DNA of 64,000 nt from Hamiltosporidium tvaerminnensis FI-OER-3-3 (lineage: Eukaryota; Fungi; Microsporidia). Positions 26,740-37,822 of this stretch are shown one piece after another. The notes under the pieces were generated by a model. That model ran no database searches, was not told the origin of the DNA, and saw only the letters and a program-made list of their open reading frames with translations. The translations under genes were made by a program, and so were the position numbers. Positions within the stretch are counted from its first letter, which is position 1. Each line of letters starts with the position of its first letter. Where the stretch lies: positions 806,001 through 870,000 of the forward strand of contig JAKIMF020000007.1 in NCBI GenBank assembly GCA_022605425.2. Direction: 5' to 3'.

Positions 26740-28239
26740 ATGATTTTTCCTACTAAAAGACACTTACAGTCGGATCGCGAGAGTATTGTAGATAATGATT
26801 CTTATTCTTTCACTTCAGACTCAAAAAAAAGTGGCATATTGAAACAAAATACAAAATCATTTTTGAAAGGGAACCGCAGTTTAAGAACTCGTTTTCCCAA
26901 AAAGATCAGCTTAAACTTAGATGAAAAAAGTAATGAATATCTTTCATATTTATCTGACTTAAATATATCCCAAATAAATTTATTTCTTGACTTTTTAAGC
27001 AAAGATGAAATACTTTCACCTCGGAATGATTACAATCAACCTAAATATAATCAAATAAAAATTTCTGTTTTAAGTAAAATACAAGAGGAATTCAATGAAG
27101 GAGCGCATGATATTCCCGATTTAAAAATAAAATCAAATAATTTTAGAAATGAAGATATTGTTTACCAAAAAGCATCTAGTGACTCTTTCTTGTCGAAATT
27201 AAAAGAAAAAATAGATCACGTAAAAAATTTTGGGATTAAAAATAAGATTGATTTTACTGAACTTTATATCTTCTGTCAAGAAATAATTGAATATGAAAAA
27301 TATCTTTTTAAAAAAACGAAAGGAAAAGAAATACTTAAGCGCACTAAAGTATTGGATATAAATCATAGCCTTTGTTTAATCAAAAAGAATTCTAGATTTG
27401 CTGTTTTATCAGAAGTTTTTTTCTTTTTTACTTTATATCCTGAGAAAATTTCTAATATAATCAGACAAAATAATTTTATATATGTTTCGTTTCTTTTAAG
27501 AATATTTGCGCTACAAATAATCAAGGTTCTACCAAAAAATCAGGATGATTTTGAAAGTAGATATAAATTCAAAAATAATTTAGACAATCTCATTTTTTAC
27601 TGTGAAATATTTAACTTAAGAAAAATTTTTTACAATATTCTTTTAGGGTTTGAAAATTTTAATCGTAAAGCTTATTTTTATCAACTTCTAAATATTTTAG
27701 ATTTTAGACAAAAATTATCTTTAGAAAACTACGAAGTTGAAGAATATTTATTATTTAAATCGCAATTGAATACGATTTTCTTTTTAAATTTAAGTCCCAG
27801 ATTTCAGATTGAAGATGATGTTAGATATCGAAAAATCATAGTTCTTATAGGTATAGTTTGTTATGCAAAAGCACTAAATCTTAATGACTTGAATATTTAC
27901 CTTTTGCGACTCACTTTTTCGAATTTAACAAACATATTTTCTATCTTGAAAAATTTATCTCATGTTTTTCTTGATAAGAAGCACAATATTTTTTATGCTT
28001 CTTTAAGGGAGTCTTGTGAACGTATATATATTGTAACTCGTAAAGAAAAGATTGAAAAATATTCTAAAGCAGGAGAATCTTTTCCAAATCCCGTTTCAAC
28101 AGAAAAATATATTTGGGAATTTTTATTGAAATTAGAACAAGCGATTTTTAAGAATTATGAAACCAATGAACTAAATATGGAAATTACAGATGATTTAATC
28201 GAAAAAGTAAATACAAGAATATCTCTATTTTCTCTATAA
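26740..28239 (+). CDS. lineage-specific hypothetical protein, 499 aa (paralog of 20632-23124)
   Basis: Shared blocks LDINHSLxLIxKNSR, VSFLLRIFALxIIKxLP, IFNLRKIxYNIxLG, YQLLNIxDFxQK, EEYLLF, FLxKLExxIFK. Confidence 0.85.
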   Translation: MIFPTKRHLQSDRESIVDNDSYSFTSDSKKSGILKQNTKSFLKGNRSLRTRFPKKISLNLDEKSNEYLSYLSDLNISQINLFLDFLSKDEILSPRNDYNQPKYNQIKISVLSKIQEEFNEGAHDIPDLKIKSNNFRNEDIVYQKASSDSFLSKLKEKIDHVKNFGIKNKIDFTELYIFCQEIIEYEKYLFKKTKGKEILKRTKVLDINHSLCLIKKNSRFAVLSEVFFFFTLYPEKISNIIRQNNFIYVSFLLRIFALQIIKVLPKNQDDFESRYKFKNNLDNLIFYCEIFNLRKIFYNILLGFENFNRKAYFYQLLNILDFRQKLSLENYEVEEYLLFKSQLNTIFFLNLSPRFQIEDDVRYRKIIVLIGIVCYAKALNLNDLNIYLLRLTFSNLTNIFSILKNLSHVFLDKKHNIFYASLRESCERIYIVTRKEKIEKYSKAGESFPNPVSTEKYIWEFLLKLEQAIFKNYETNELNMEITDDLIEKVNTRISLFSL

Positions 28240-30129
28240 TGAATCTAAATATATAATAAATAGTTTCTATATAGTATAATGGTATATTTAATTGATTTGG
28301 TTTCACAAATTTTTTTATATTTAATATTTATTGATAATTAATTTTTTTCATTCTTAAATCTACGTAAAAGAGATAAATTAATATCTTAAACATTGAGATT
28401 TACATATTATTTATAAATTTCAACTAATATTTTGTTTTAAAATATAGTCTTGCATAGTACTACAAAGGTAACCTAGTCTTACTGTTCATTTAAGGAAAGC
28501 TTTTTTAGGTTACTTATATGTTAATTAAGTAAAAAAAATCCTTTTTTTAAATGTATTCTTAAATAATTTCTCGGTTACAAATATTTTTACTTTTTCTTTA
28601 GGATTCATCAGTATAATTTTGAATAGATTTAATTTATTTTTAGTAATTAGATACTTACAAATATAATTAAAGACGAAAGAAAAAAACTGTATGACAATTT
28701 TATTCAGTTAACGCTTACACCATAATATTTTATTAACTACTACAGTATTTGAGACATTTTTATGTTAAATAGTAATAAAATGGACTTTTTATGATTAAAG
28801 GTAATCTGACTAGAAAAAAAATATAAAATTAGAAATTTTAGAAAAATCTATAAATAATTCTTAATAAATAGTGAGATAAGAGAAAAAATTAAACGAAAAG
28901 TATATAATTTTTAGAATATTAAGGTAGGATCTAAAGGATATGATGTATTTTAAAACGATGAAGGTAAAATTATAAGCAAATTTCTAATTATTCATTGATT
29001 CAAGTGAGAAGTATTATGTTTTCTTAAATTTTTCTAAACTTATAAAACCTAGATGTTTATATATGAATATCAAGTTTTTTCGTTTCAAAAATAGTAATTT
29101 TATTTGTATGAAAAAGACTTATTTATATTCGCTATTTCAAAGGTTATAAGTTAAATATTATTGGCTGACATTTTAAATTATTTTTTATACTCAATATTAA
29201 ATTATAAATAATTTGAAAAGCTATAAAGTTTACTAAGATGTATTAAGTAAAAAAATAAAAATTCTTTTTAGTTCTTATACTTTTTAAATATGTTTTACAT
29301 TATTATACTTATAAAAAGGTATAAAATATAATCTAATCAATAAGGTTTATGGTTTTGATATTAAAAGAAACATAAAATTATTTTCAATTAAAATTTCGTT
29401 GGTAAATAATAATATTTATTTGCTCAATTAATTATATTGTTTATTGATCTTCAATGTAATAATATTTCTTGTGAAGATATATAAATATCAATGTTACAAT
29501 AGGTATAAGCATAAAAGGAAAATAAATTGAAATAAGTTTCTTTTCCACGATACTTTTTACAAAAAAACTATTATTTTGAAGAGATTTAAATAACAGTTGG
29601 CTTAAAATTAAAAAAACGCATTCGAAACTTATAATGTAATGAAAATCCATTTTCATTGCATGAGTTGTGATTAAAAAGTATGAAATCGCACCAAAAAACA
29701 ATGAAAAAGAATAGGTTACTATACAATTTGAGATAATTTCAAATTCCTGAATAAATTCTTTATGATTATATAAAACACTTATCAATGATAAAGTAAACAT
29801 AGAAAAGGCACTTAAAACTGCGTAATTTCTATCAATAGAATAATGCTTCATTGTTCTACTACTAAAAAATCTCATTAATATTCCTAATACTAAAACTAAA
29901 TTATACATTGGATATTCTTTTTTGATTAATCCAAACTCTATGTTTGCTAAATCAAAGCCAGTAGAAGTGATTTCAAATATTTCTAATCTTAGAATTAGTT
30001 GTAGAAAGCATAGATTAATAAAAATTATAGGCAATGACATTAATGATAATTTCATTGTTATGATCAACACACAAAATAAAATTACACTCAAAAATATAAT
30101 ATTATAAATATATGATTTGTATTTCAAAT

Positions 30130-33100
30130 CTTATGGGTAGAAAGAAAAATGTTAGCAGCGAAATATCGAAAAATACCAAAATAAAGGCTGCAAACGACGC
30201 TGATGAGGTGAAAAAGAGTGATAGTGAGATACAAAAATGTAAGCTACACCCACCGGCGATTCCCCTACCTTCCTCCTCCTACACAACAATAACACCTCCA
30301 CCACCAAGCCAAACATGCAGTAAAATGCAAAATAGTGGGCTTGACACCTTACCTTCGCCTAATGCACCAGTTCCCTCTTCGGTTGAAGTCTCTGCGTGCG
30401 AGCCATCGTACGACATGACAAGCCCCTGTACTCTAGCTATTCCGGAAGGTAACAGGCTAATGACATTGCGGACGATATTCGATTCCGTAACAGCCGACCC
30501 GAAGGAATGGCCTCGAATTGTTTTTTTTGCAGTACAGACAAGGTTTGAAAGAATGCCAAGAAATGGCTGGACAGAGCTTCACAGGTACTATAATGAGAAA
30601 TTCGGCTGCACTGAAACTCTCGAAGTGTTAAAAAAATTGGCACAAAGTGAGATGGGAAAGGATGTAAAATCAGAAGAGAATGGAGAGCGACGTAGAATCG
30701 CCACTTGTCTCGCTGATACATGCACCTTGACCGACACCACGGAGTACATAAACCTGAGAGATAAATTCTTGAGTAAAATCAAAGAAATCTCAATGAAGGA
30801 AATTGGAAAAGTGGTGGTCCGAACTAGAAAACATCCAAATGAATTGGTTGATAGTAAAGTTCTGGATCTCATTAATCGAGTAGTCGGTGAATATGCAGGA
30901 GCTCATGTACCTGAGTCAATTACGGAAGCCGCGTATATCATGCAAGCTGCGCAGGTATGCTATGACGAGGCAACACGTAAAGAAAAGCCTAGATCCGCTT
31001 GGAAGGAAAACATAGAAAGTAAAATTTCTAAGTTAGTACTTTCCAAAGATCTCCTCGAGAAAGCTCGTAAGCAGGAAAAGCTCTCCACTTCGGAAACGAA
31101 GAGCCTTAAGAAAATCATGCGAGAGTTTAATTTAAACTTGAGCAGCGTAACTGATCTTTCTGAGGCTTTAGTTAAGAAGAATGAGTCTTTGAATGTTTAC
31201 GAGAAAAAAATTACGATGCATGAAAGTAGGAAGCAATTCCGAAAAGAGAATCGTATGTTTGAGCTTTTCCGAGGTCGATTTTATCGTGGGTTATCTGAGC
31301 GTGTGGAATCCGAGCATGTGGTTAGCCGTGATGAAATTGTGAGTTTTTGGTCTACAATGTGGAACAAAAATGATGACACAGTCACGTACGATGATTATTT
31401 GATTCCATTTGTATCAGATAATCATCCGACCACGTTTCCTTCACTTGATGAATTTGTGAATATCATTAATTGGCTTCCTAATTGGAAAGCTGCTGGAATT
31501 GATGGTATTTACAATTTTTTTATTAAGAAACTTACAACTCTTCACAAATATCTTTATGATATTGTGAAAGTTATATGTTTAGAAGGAACACCTCAAGCTG
31601 ATTGGTTTTACTGCGGGCTTACGTATTTGATACCGAAAGGAAGTCCACAAAGAGGCTCTGACTACAGGCCAATCACTTGTATGTCCAACCTCTATAAGTT
31701 AACGACAAAGTGTGTAACGAAAGTCGTTCAACTTGAAGTGGAAAGGCGAGGGTTGCTTGCAGAGAACCAATTAGGGGCGGTAAGAGGTGTGCAGGGAGCG
31801 AAAGAGCAGGCTCTACTGAATATTGCCTTAAATAAAGAGTATGGAAATAATCTTAAGGCAACATGGATTGATGTTAAAAAAGCTTATGATTCAATAGATC
31901 ATGCTTATTTAACTCAATGCATTGAAAACCTTAATTTACCTGATTGGATCCTGAAATTTATTAAGGTAATTATATCAAAATGGAAAATTGATATATCAGT
32001 AGGGCCTGAAAAAATCATGAGCAAGAAGATTGATAGAGGGATTCTACAAGGAGATAGTCTGTCACCTTTGTTATTTGTGTTGTGTATGGATCCATTAAGC
32101 CGAAAGCTTAATGAAAAATACACAAAAGTGACAGTACAAACAGATGCAGAATCCCATTCTACTAATCATCTCTTGTTTATTGATGATCTTAAGCTCCTTG
32201 CAAAAGACAGCTCCACATTGAGTGCTATGACAGGCGAGGCAAAGGAATTTTTAGAGGTGATTGGCTTAGAGATTAACAAAGAGAAGTCAGCCACAAATGA
32301 TACGTGTTGTGAAGATACTGCTACTCTTCTAGAAGGTGTTAGTGTTTACAAATATTTAGGAATAATAGAAGATAGCAGAGGAATCCCAACACGTAGCTCA
32401 TTTGAAGAAGTACAGAGCAAACTTATATCAAGAGTTGAAAGACTTTGTCACACTAGATTAAATGCAAAAAATTTATTTTCTGCAATCAATCAACATGCGA
32501 TATCGTTAATCAACTACCACATAGGAGTACTTCGACTTGAACCGGCTGACTTCTCTAAGTTAGATGATGCAGTGCGTGCGGTGTTGGTGAAGAATAAGAT
32601 ACATCTCCGCCCAGGATGTAAAGAGCGTTTATACCTTCCTAGAACAGAACTTGGAAGAGGCCTACATAGTGTTGAGTTGCGAAGCGAACATATGCTTCTG
32701 CAACTCTTGGATTGTCTGGAAAAAAGTAAAGAAATATCAACTAGACGAGCAGCAATCCTCAAGGTGGAGAATAATAATAAAACCCATCTTGCACTAATAA
32801 AAGGCTTCTTAAAAGTAAAGTACAGGTTGGTAGAAGAAGTCACTAAGAAAAGTTTAGAAGAAGCTCAACTTGCAAAACTATATAACGAAATAGAAAAACG
32901 AAAACTCCATTCAAAGTTATATAATGCAAGAAAAAATGAGCTTGTGAGTGTTAGTGACTCTTCAAGGTGGTTAAAGAGAGGAAATATTAGGCCACGAAAT
33001 GAAGCTGTGTTCTGCTATATCCAGGATAGAAATGTATTCTGGGGAGCAGATGGTGTGTGTCAACATTGCGGGAAGTCTGGTAAGACTGTGGATCATCTAG

Positions 33101-33935
33101 CTACTAGATGCGAAAAAATGCTAGGCCATGATTACACTAGACGGCATAATGAAGTGGTCAGATGCCTACACCTTCTTCTTCTAAATAGATATAAGTTTAA
33201 GTCTTCAAAACGAATAAGGAGCCACTCAGTTCAAGAAATTCTTGATAATGAGTATGCAGAGATAAGAGTGGACACCAGAATTAAAACTGATGTTAAAATT
33301 CGGAATAACAGACCGGACATATTTATTTTAGATAAGAAGAAGAATAAGATAACACTCATTGAAGTAGGAATCACTTCCCAAGATTCACTTCAAATAGTTG
33401 AAACTGAAAAACTTAGGAAGTATGACCTGCTAGCCAATGAGTTGGGTCTTATTTATAGGTGTAGTGTTGAGATAATCCCCTATGTGATGACCTGGGACGG
33501 TATTGTGACAAAATACCATAAAGCTCATCTTAAAAGACTAGAAATACCCATGTATGTAGAGGCATACATTCAGTCTATAGTACTTAAGAAGACAGTCGAA
33601 ACTATTTCCTTTGATCGACGAAGAGGACTTGAGTCAGGACTAAATGCCGAAGAGAGCTGGGAGAGAGCGTCAATGGGTGTTATTATGAGATCAGAGATGC
33701 ATGAGGAACCAATACCCCCTTTAAAAGAAGCGAAAACAGAGGAAGATGGTGCCAAAAATTTTAAACCAAAATATAAAGCCCCCTTTATTTTACAAGGAGG
33801 AACCACTTTAGAGGAACCGACCAATAACATAAATGAAGAGTCGGATTTGGAAGAAGAGACAAAAGTGGTCAAAGAGGTAGAAGAAAACATGTAAAAATGG
33901 TAAAAAATATTTTAACCCAGAATTTAATTAAATAA
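30130..33935 (+). mobile_element. RLE-type non-LTR retrotransposon with intact ORF, R4/Dong-like; 18-bp TSD ATGATTTGTATTTCAAAT at 30112-30129 and 33936-33953
   Basis: Perfect direct repeats on both sides; single copy at the empty site 62290-62307; single long ORF; short AT-rich 3' end. Confidence 0.96.
30133..33894 (+). CDS. non-LTR retrotransposon protein: reverse transcriptase + CCHC zinc knuckle + restriction-like endonuclease
   Basis: NWKAAGIDG, YRPITC, WIDVKKAYDSIDH, GILQGDSLSPLLF, LFIDD, YKYLG, RLYLPRTELGRGL, CQHC..H...C, RRHNEV, RPDIFILD..LIEV. True start taken as 30133, because the tracked ATG at 30112 lies in the TSD. Confidence 0.95.
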   Translation: MGRKKNVSSEISKNTKIKAANDADEVKKSDSEIQKCKLHPPAIPLPSSSYTTITPPPPSQTCSKMQNSGLDTLPSPNAPVPSSVEVSACEPSYDMTSPCTLAIPEGNRLMTLRTIFDSVTADPKEWPRIVFFAVQTRFERMPRNGWTELHRYYNEKFGCTETLEVLKKLAQSEMGKDVKSEENGERRRIATCLADTCTLTDTTEYINLRDKFLSKIKEISMKEIGKVVVRTRKHPNELVDSKVLDLINRVVGEYAGAHVPESITEAAYIMQAAQVCYDEATRKEKPRSAWKENIESKISKLVLSKDLLEKARKQEKLSTSETKSLKKIMREFNLNLSSVTDLSEALVKKNESLNVYEKKITMHESRKQFRKENRMFELFRGRFYRGLSERVESEHVVSRDEIVSFWSTMWNKNDDTVTYDDYLIPFVSDNHPTTFPSLDEFVNIINWLPNWKAAGIDGIYNFFIKKLTTLHKYLYDIVKVICLEGTPQADWFYCGLTYLIPKGSPQRGSDYRPITCMSNLYKLTTKCVTKVVQLEVERRGLLAENQLGAVRGVQGAKEQALLNIALNKEYGNNLKATWIDVKKAYDSIDHAYLTQCIENLNLPDWILKFIKVIISKWKIDISVGPEKIMSKKIDRGILQGDSLSPLLFVLCMDPLSRKLNEKYTKVTVQTDAESHSTNHLLFIDDLKLLAKDSSTLSAMTGEAKEFLEVIGLEINKEKSATNDTCCEDTATLLEGVSVYKYLGIIEDSRGIPTRSSFEEVQSKLISRVERLCHTRLNAKNLFSAINQHAISLINYHIGVLRLEPADFSKLDDAVRAVLVKNKIHLRPGCKERLYLPRTELGRGLHSVELRSEHMLLQLLDCLEKSKEISTRRAAILKVENNNKTHLALIKGFLKVKYRLVEEVTKKSLEEAQLAKLYNEIEKRKLHSKLYNARKNELVSVSDSSRWLKRGNIRPRNEAVFCYIQDRNVFWGADGVCQHCGKSGKTVDHLATRCEKMLGHDYTRRHNEVVRCLHLLLLNRYKFKSSKRIRSHSVQEILDNEYAEIRVDTRIKTDVKIRNNRPDIFILDKKKNKITLIEVGITSQDSLQIVETEKLRKYDLLANELGLIYRCSVEIIPYVMTWDGIVTKYHKAHLKRLEIPMYVEAYIQSIVLKKTVETISFDRRRGLESGLNAEESWERASMGVIMRSEMHEEPIPPLKEAKTEEDGAKNFKPKYKAPFILQGGTTLEEPTNNINEESDLEEETKVVKEVEENM

Positions 33936-35104
33936 ATGATTTGTATTTCAAATTATTACAAATCGATAGAATAATTAGATAATCTAAAATTCCATAAAAT
34001 ATTGAAAAAATTGATGGTATAAGCATAAACGTAGTCACTTTTCTATTTCTAGATATAAAATTCAAAATAAATGATACTAATGAGAAGAATAAAATATGTG
34101 TATATATCATCGAGTTGTAATTCATTTTAATAGGATATTGCAAAATGATTAAATAAATTGAAGAAGATAATCCAAATAAAAACGAATATATAACCGCTCG
34201 TTTATTCTCAATCATGGGTATTTTTTAAAACCTCTAAAAATATAAATATGGCATAATCAATCCAAATGGTACTGCACCCTCAAATATTTTTTTTTAATTA
34301 TCAAAAACATTTATGAAATGTATCAATTACTCCTTAAATATGATTTTTTTGATATGATGATCATTTATAACAAGAAAATTATCTAATTATCAATGATGAG
34401 ATTCAAAAGTTAAGCAATTTAAAACGATCGTAAAAAAATATTCGACATATATTTTTTTTATTCATAACATGATTATATTGAGTTTAAATTATATTTTAAT
34501 TTTATCATAATCTTTAACATATGTTTTTTGTCACTTCGATCTATTATTTAAATTATTAACCAATTGATGGTAACTCGTAATTTATTTTTTTAGATATTTT
34601 AATCAATTTCCTTTTAAACCATTAGTAAATGTAGCATTTTATATCGATTTTTTTAGTTTTGTTTTATGTATTATTTTTGAAATATATTAAATGAGCATGA
34701 TTCAATCTTCGAATGAAATTCAAATCGGTGATAGAATATTTAAAATATGCTAGATTTTTTGTAGCTTCCATATTTCTTGCTCCTTTAACTTTTCGAATAA
34801 TTACGAGTTTTAAAAAAAAAACATCTATGTAATATATACTACATTTATTAAACATATTATACAACTAATAATTCCTAGTGAGAATGCAACATATTTTTTT
34901 GATGAATCAATTTAACTGTAGTCTATCAGAATAAATATCCACACCTATGACCTACATACAACAACATCTAATGTATAATTTCTTATTTGATAATTATTCT
35001 TAATATTTATTTAGAAACGTAATTAAAAGATATTTCTAATTCATAAATATTACAGGCTTCAAAATTCTTGGTTAAAATAATTTTGTCATATTTGATATTT
35101 ATTT

Positions 35105-35338
35105 ATCCTAGGCACTGCAGCCTTGCACCATCCTCAAACTCCCTGAGAAATGCCACTTATTGGTCTGTTTTTAGTGGGTTTGTTTACTTTTCAGCTTTCA
35201 TAACAAGGTGGTTTAAAAAAGGAATTTTTAGCTCTACGCTTAACCCAAACATGGAAGACCAAATCTTTTTAGTTGCCTCGTACAAATAACAGGGAAGGTC
35301 CAAGCCAATTCTGCTCCAGGCATGGTGTGGAAAATATC
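35105..35338 (-). mobile_element. RTE-derived bipartite SINE copy (left arm)
   Basis: Reverse complement contains ggagcagaattggcttgga...gaggcaactaaaag...taaaccaccttgtt...acaaacccact...aggctgcagtgcc, as in 45013-45246. Confidence 0.7.
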
Positions 35339-36249
35339 GTAATATTAGAATTAATAATATCTCAAAATCTAATTCCATTCAAATAAAAAAAGGATCTAGA
35401 AGTCAATGTGTTTTTAAAAATTAATTCAATATGAAAAAAAAATTAAATAAATTTTTGTTCTTGGAACCTGTCAAAATAAATCGGCCTAAAATTTTAAAAT
35501 TTAGTGAATAATCAAATGTTTTGCCATCTAATATTCATAAATATTTTTTATCCAAAAGAATCATTTAGTCCGCAAAATATGAGTCACTCTGTTTTATTTC
35601 TTAAATTAAAACCAATAGTATCTATACAATTGTATTAGAAATTTTTAAGTATGAATAATAAATTGTATTAAATTATTCTTATGTGAGTTAAACTTTCTGT
35701 AAAACCATATTTAAGTAAAATACAGATGTTTTCATTAATGATTTTAGATTCTTAAAAATAAAGTAAGTTTAAATATCGTATTCAAACATTTAAATTTTCG
35801 ATTTTTCATAATATACTGAGATTTACAGTTTTAAGTAATTATTAGTTTCATTTTATTCAAGTTAAATGCTTAAATTTTATTAAAGTAACTGGGTATAAAA
35901 TAGTATAACCTTATTATCATTAACCTGAAAATATAAGATGGACATTAAATTTTTATATAGTGCGATAAATCATAAAGTATAATATTACTATTTGTTTATA
36001 ATATGATCTAATAAATTATAATTTAGAACTAAGTTATTATTGATTTATAATTTAGTAATAATTTAAATTTAGTGTTTTTCTTTGAATTATAACAGAAAAT
36101 CATAGTTTAAAAAACAGAATGTAACATTTCTTCATTTTCAGTCAAATTTTTTTTCTAACTAATATAAAATATTTTTAATGCAATTTTAATTTTAATATTT
36201 TTTCAAGAATCGTTTAAGCCTTTTAATATAAACTAAATACCCTATAATT

Positions 36250-37419
36250 ATGGGAATTAATGGACTTCTTCCTTTATTAAAAAATCACCTTCAAAGAAAA
36301 CACATTTCATGTTTCAAAAATAAAAGAATAGGAATCGATGGACATTGCTGGTTATATCAGATAATTCCTTATATTGCAGAAGATTTATTCTATAATGTTC
36401 CAAATAAAAGATATGTTAAAGCTTTTCTTTCAAAAATAAAATCCATATTGAGTCATAAAATAATACCAGTAGTAATATTTGACGGTGATCATTTACCAAT
36501 GAAGGAACATACATTGAATATTAGACAAGAAAGAAAACAGAAAGCTAAACAAGAAGCTATGGATGCACTTAAAAGAAATGACATATCCAGAGCAAAAGAA
36601 CTTATGAAACAATGTGTTAATGTTACAAGAGAAATGGTTAATGATGTAATCGAAGAATTAATAAAAGAGAATATTGAGTTCATAATCTCACCTTATGAAA
36701 CAGATGCACAACTTACTTATTTACAAAATATAGGATTTGTAGATTGTATTCTAACAGAAGATAGTGATTTTATTGTTTATGGTTGTTCATCTATTTTATA
36801 TAAATTTGATGGTGAATTTGTATCTTTATATGAAAGAGAAATTCTTAAGAAAGTGAAAGATTTATTTTTTTATGAAAATATTCAAAAAATTGCTATAATG
36901 AGTGGATGTGATTATATAGAAGGAATAAAAGGTTTGGGAGTAATTACTGCTTATAAAACACTCAAAAAGATAGGTTCGGAAGGATTATTAAGCTTTCTAA
37001 AACAAAAAAATTTAGATGAAAATTTTCTTAAAAAAATGGAAAATGCAATAAAAACTTTCAATCACCAAGTTGTATTTTGTCCAATTCAACAAAAAAGAAT
37101 CAATTTAAATCCTTTGGAAACGAATTTGTATTTCTTAGGGGATTTGATAGGTAATAATGTTTTTTCTAAAAATTTAAACACATTTGCTACTAAAAATCTT
37201 TTGAAGTATAAAAATACAGAATCTAAAAATGAAACTAAAAGAGTTTTGACTGATATTATGGATACACCAGAATCCGATGATGATTTAAATGATCCAAAAC
37301 AAGATGTCAAGGAAAATTCAATTTTAAGAATAAGTCTTAAGAATAAAAAGAAAGAAACAAATTTTAAAAAAAAGAAAATAGTATTTGAAGAAAAAACATC
37401 AAAATATTTTAAAAATTAA
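36250..37419 (+). CDS. EXO1: exonuclease 1 (XPG/Rad2 family)
   Basis: MGINGLLPLLK, IGIDGHCWLY, VIFDG, SPYETDAQL, TEDSDFIVYG, SGCDY..GIKGLG. Confidence 0.93.
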   Translation: MGINGLLPLLKNHLQRKHISCFKNKRIGIDGHCWLYQIIPYIAEDLFYNVPNKRYVKAFLSKIKSILSHKIIPVVIFDGDHLPMKEHTLNIRQERKQKAKQEAMDALKRNDISRAKELMKQCVNVTREMVNDVIEELIKENIEFIISPYETDAQLTYLQNIGFVDCILTEDSDFIVYGCSSILYKFDGEFVSLYEREILKKVKDLFFYENIQKIAIMSGCDYIEGIKGLGVITAYKTLKKIGSEGLLSFLKQKNLDENFLKKMENAIKTFNHQVVFCPIQQKRINLNPLETNLYFLGDLIGNNVFSKNLNTFATKNLLKYKNTESKNETKRVLTDIMDTPESDDDLNDPKQDVKENSILRISLKNKKKETNFKKKKIVFEEKTSKYFKN

Positions 37420-37822
37420 CAAAAAAAATGGGAATCAGAAATATTTTTTCATCAAATTCAGACAGGGATAACTGAAAAAAACATTCATCATTTTCCAAGG
37501 GTAATTTTCATTTGAATTAAAAATATTTTATAAAAAAGCAAAAGACTTCTAAATTTATCTTTAATCGATTTTTAAAATTTTTTAATTTGTAAAAATAAAA
37601 AAAAATCTAGTAAATGTTTATCAAATCCAAGACTCATTTCATAGAATATTCTCATTTGAAATTTATTGGTTTTTTAGATAAAATTTAATGATTATAAAAT
37701 TATTTGTATTTGAAATGAAAGAATCTATAAATTTATAAACTGATTTTTTTAAATATTTTGATTGATTCGTAAACAAATACTTTTTAAATAAATAAAAATA
37801 AAAAAAGTTTTTATCCTTTCGA

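Larger units (their letters stand above)
29441..34215 (-). pseudogene. multi-pass membrane protein gene (~316 aa) interrupted by the LINE; 5' part 34215-33936, 3' part 30129-29441
   Basis: ORFs 33928-34215 and 29441-30127 join at NLKYKS to give the protein encoded contiguously at 62028-62979; CCC-ATG start. Confidence 0.92.

Noticed and set aside
30112-30132. ORF start at 30112 (MICISNL)
   Set aside because: This ATG is in the host-derived TSD; the element begins at 30130
35184-35378. 64-aa ORF identical in both arms (also 60860-61054)
   Set aside because: Mostly overlaps the RTE-derived SINE; identity reflects the recent duplication or conversion
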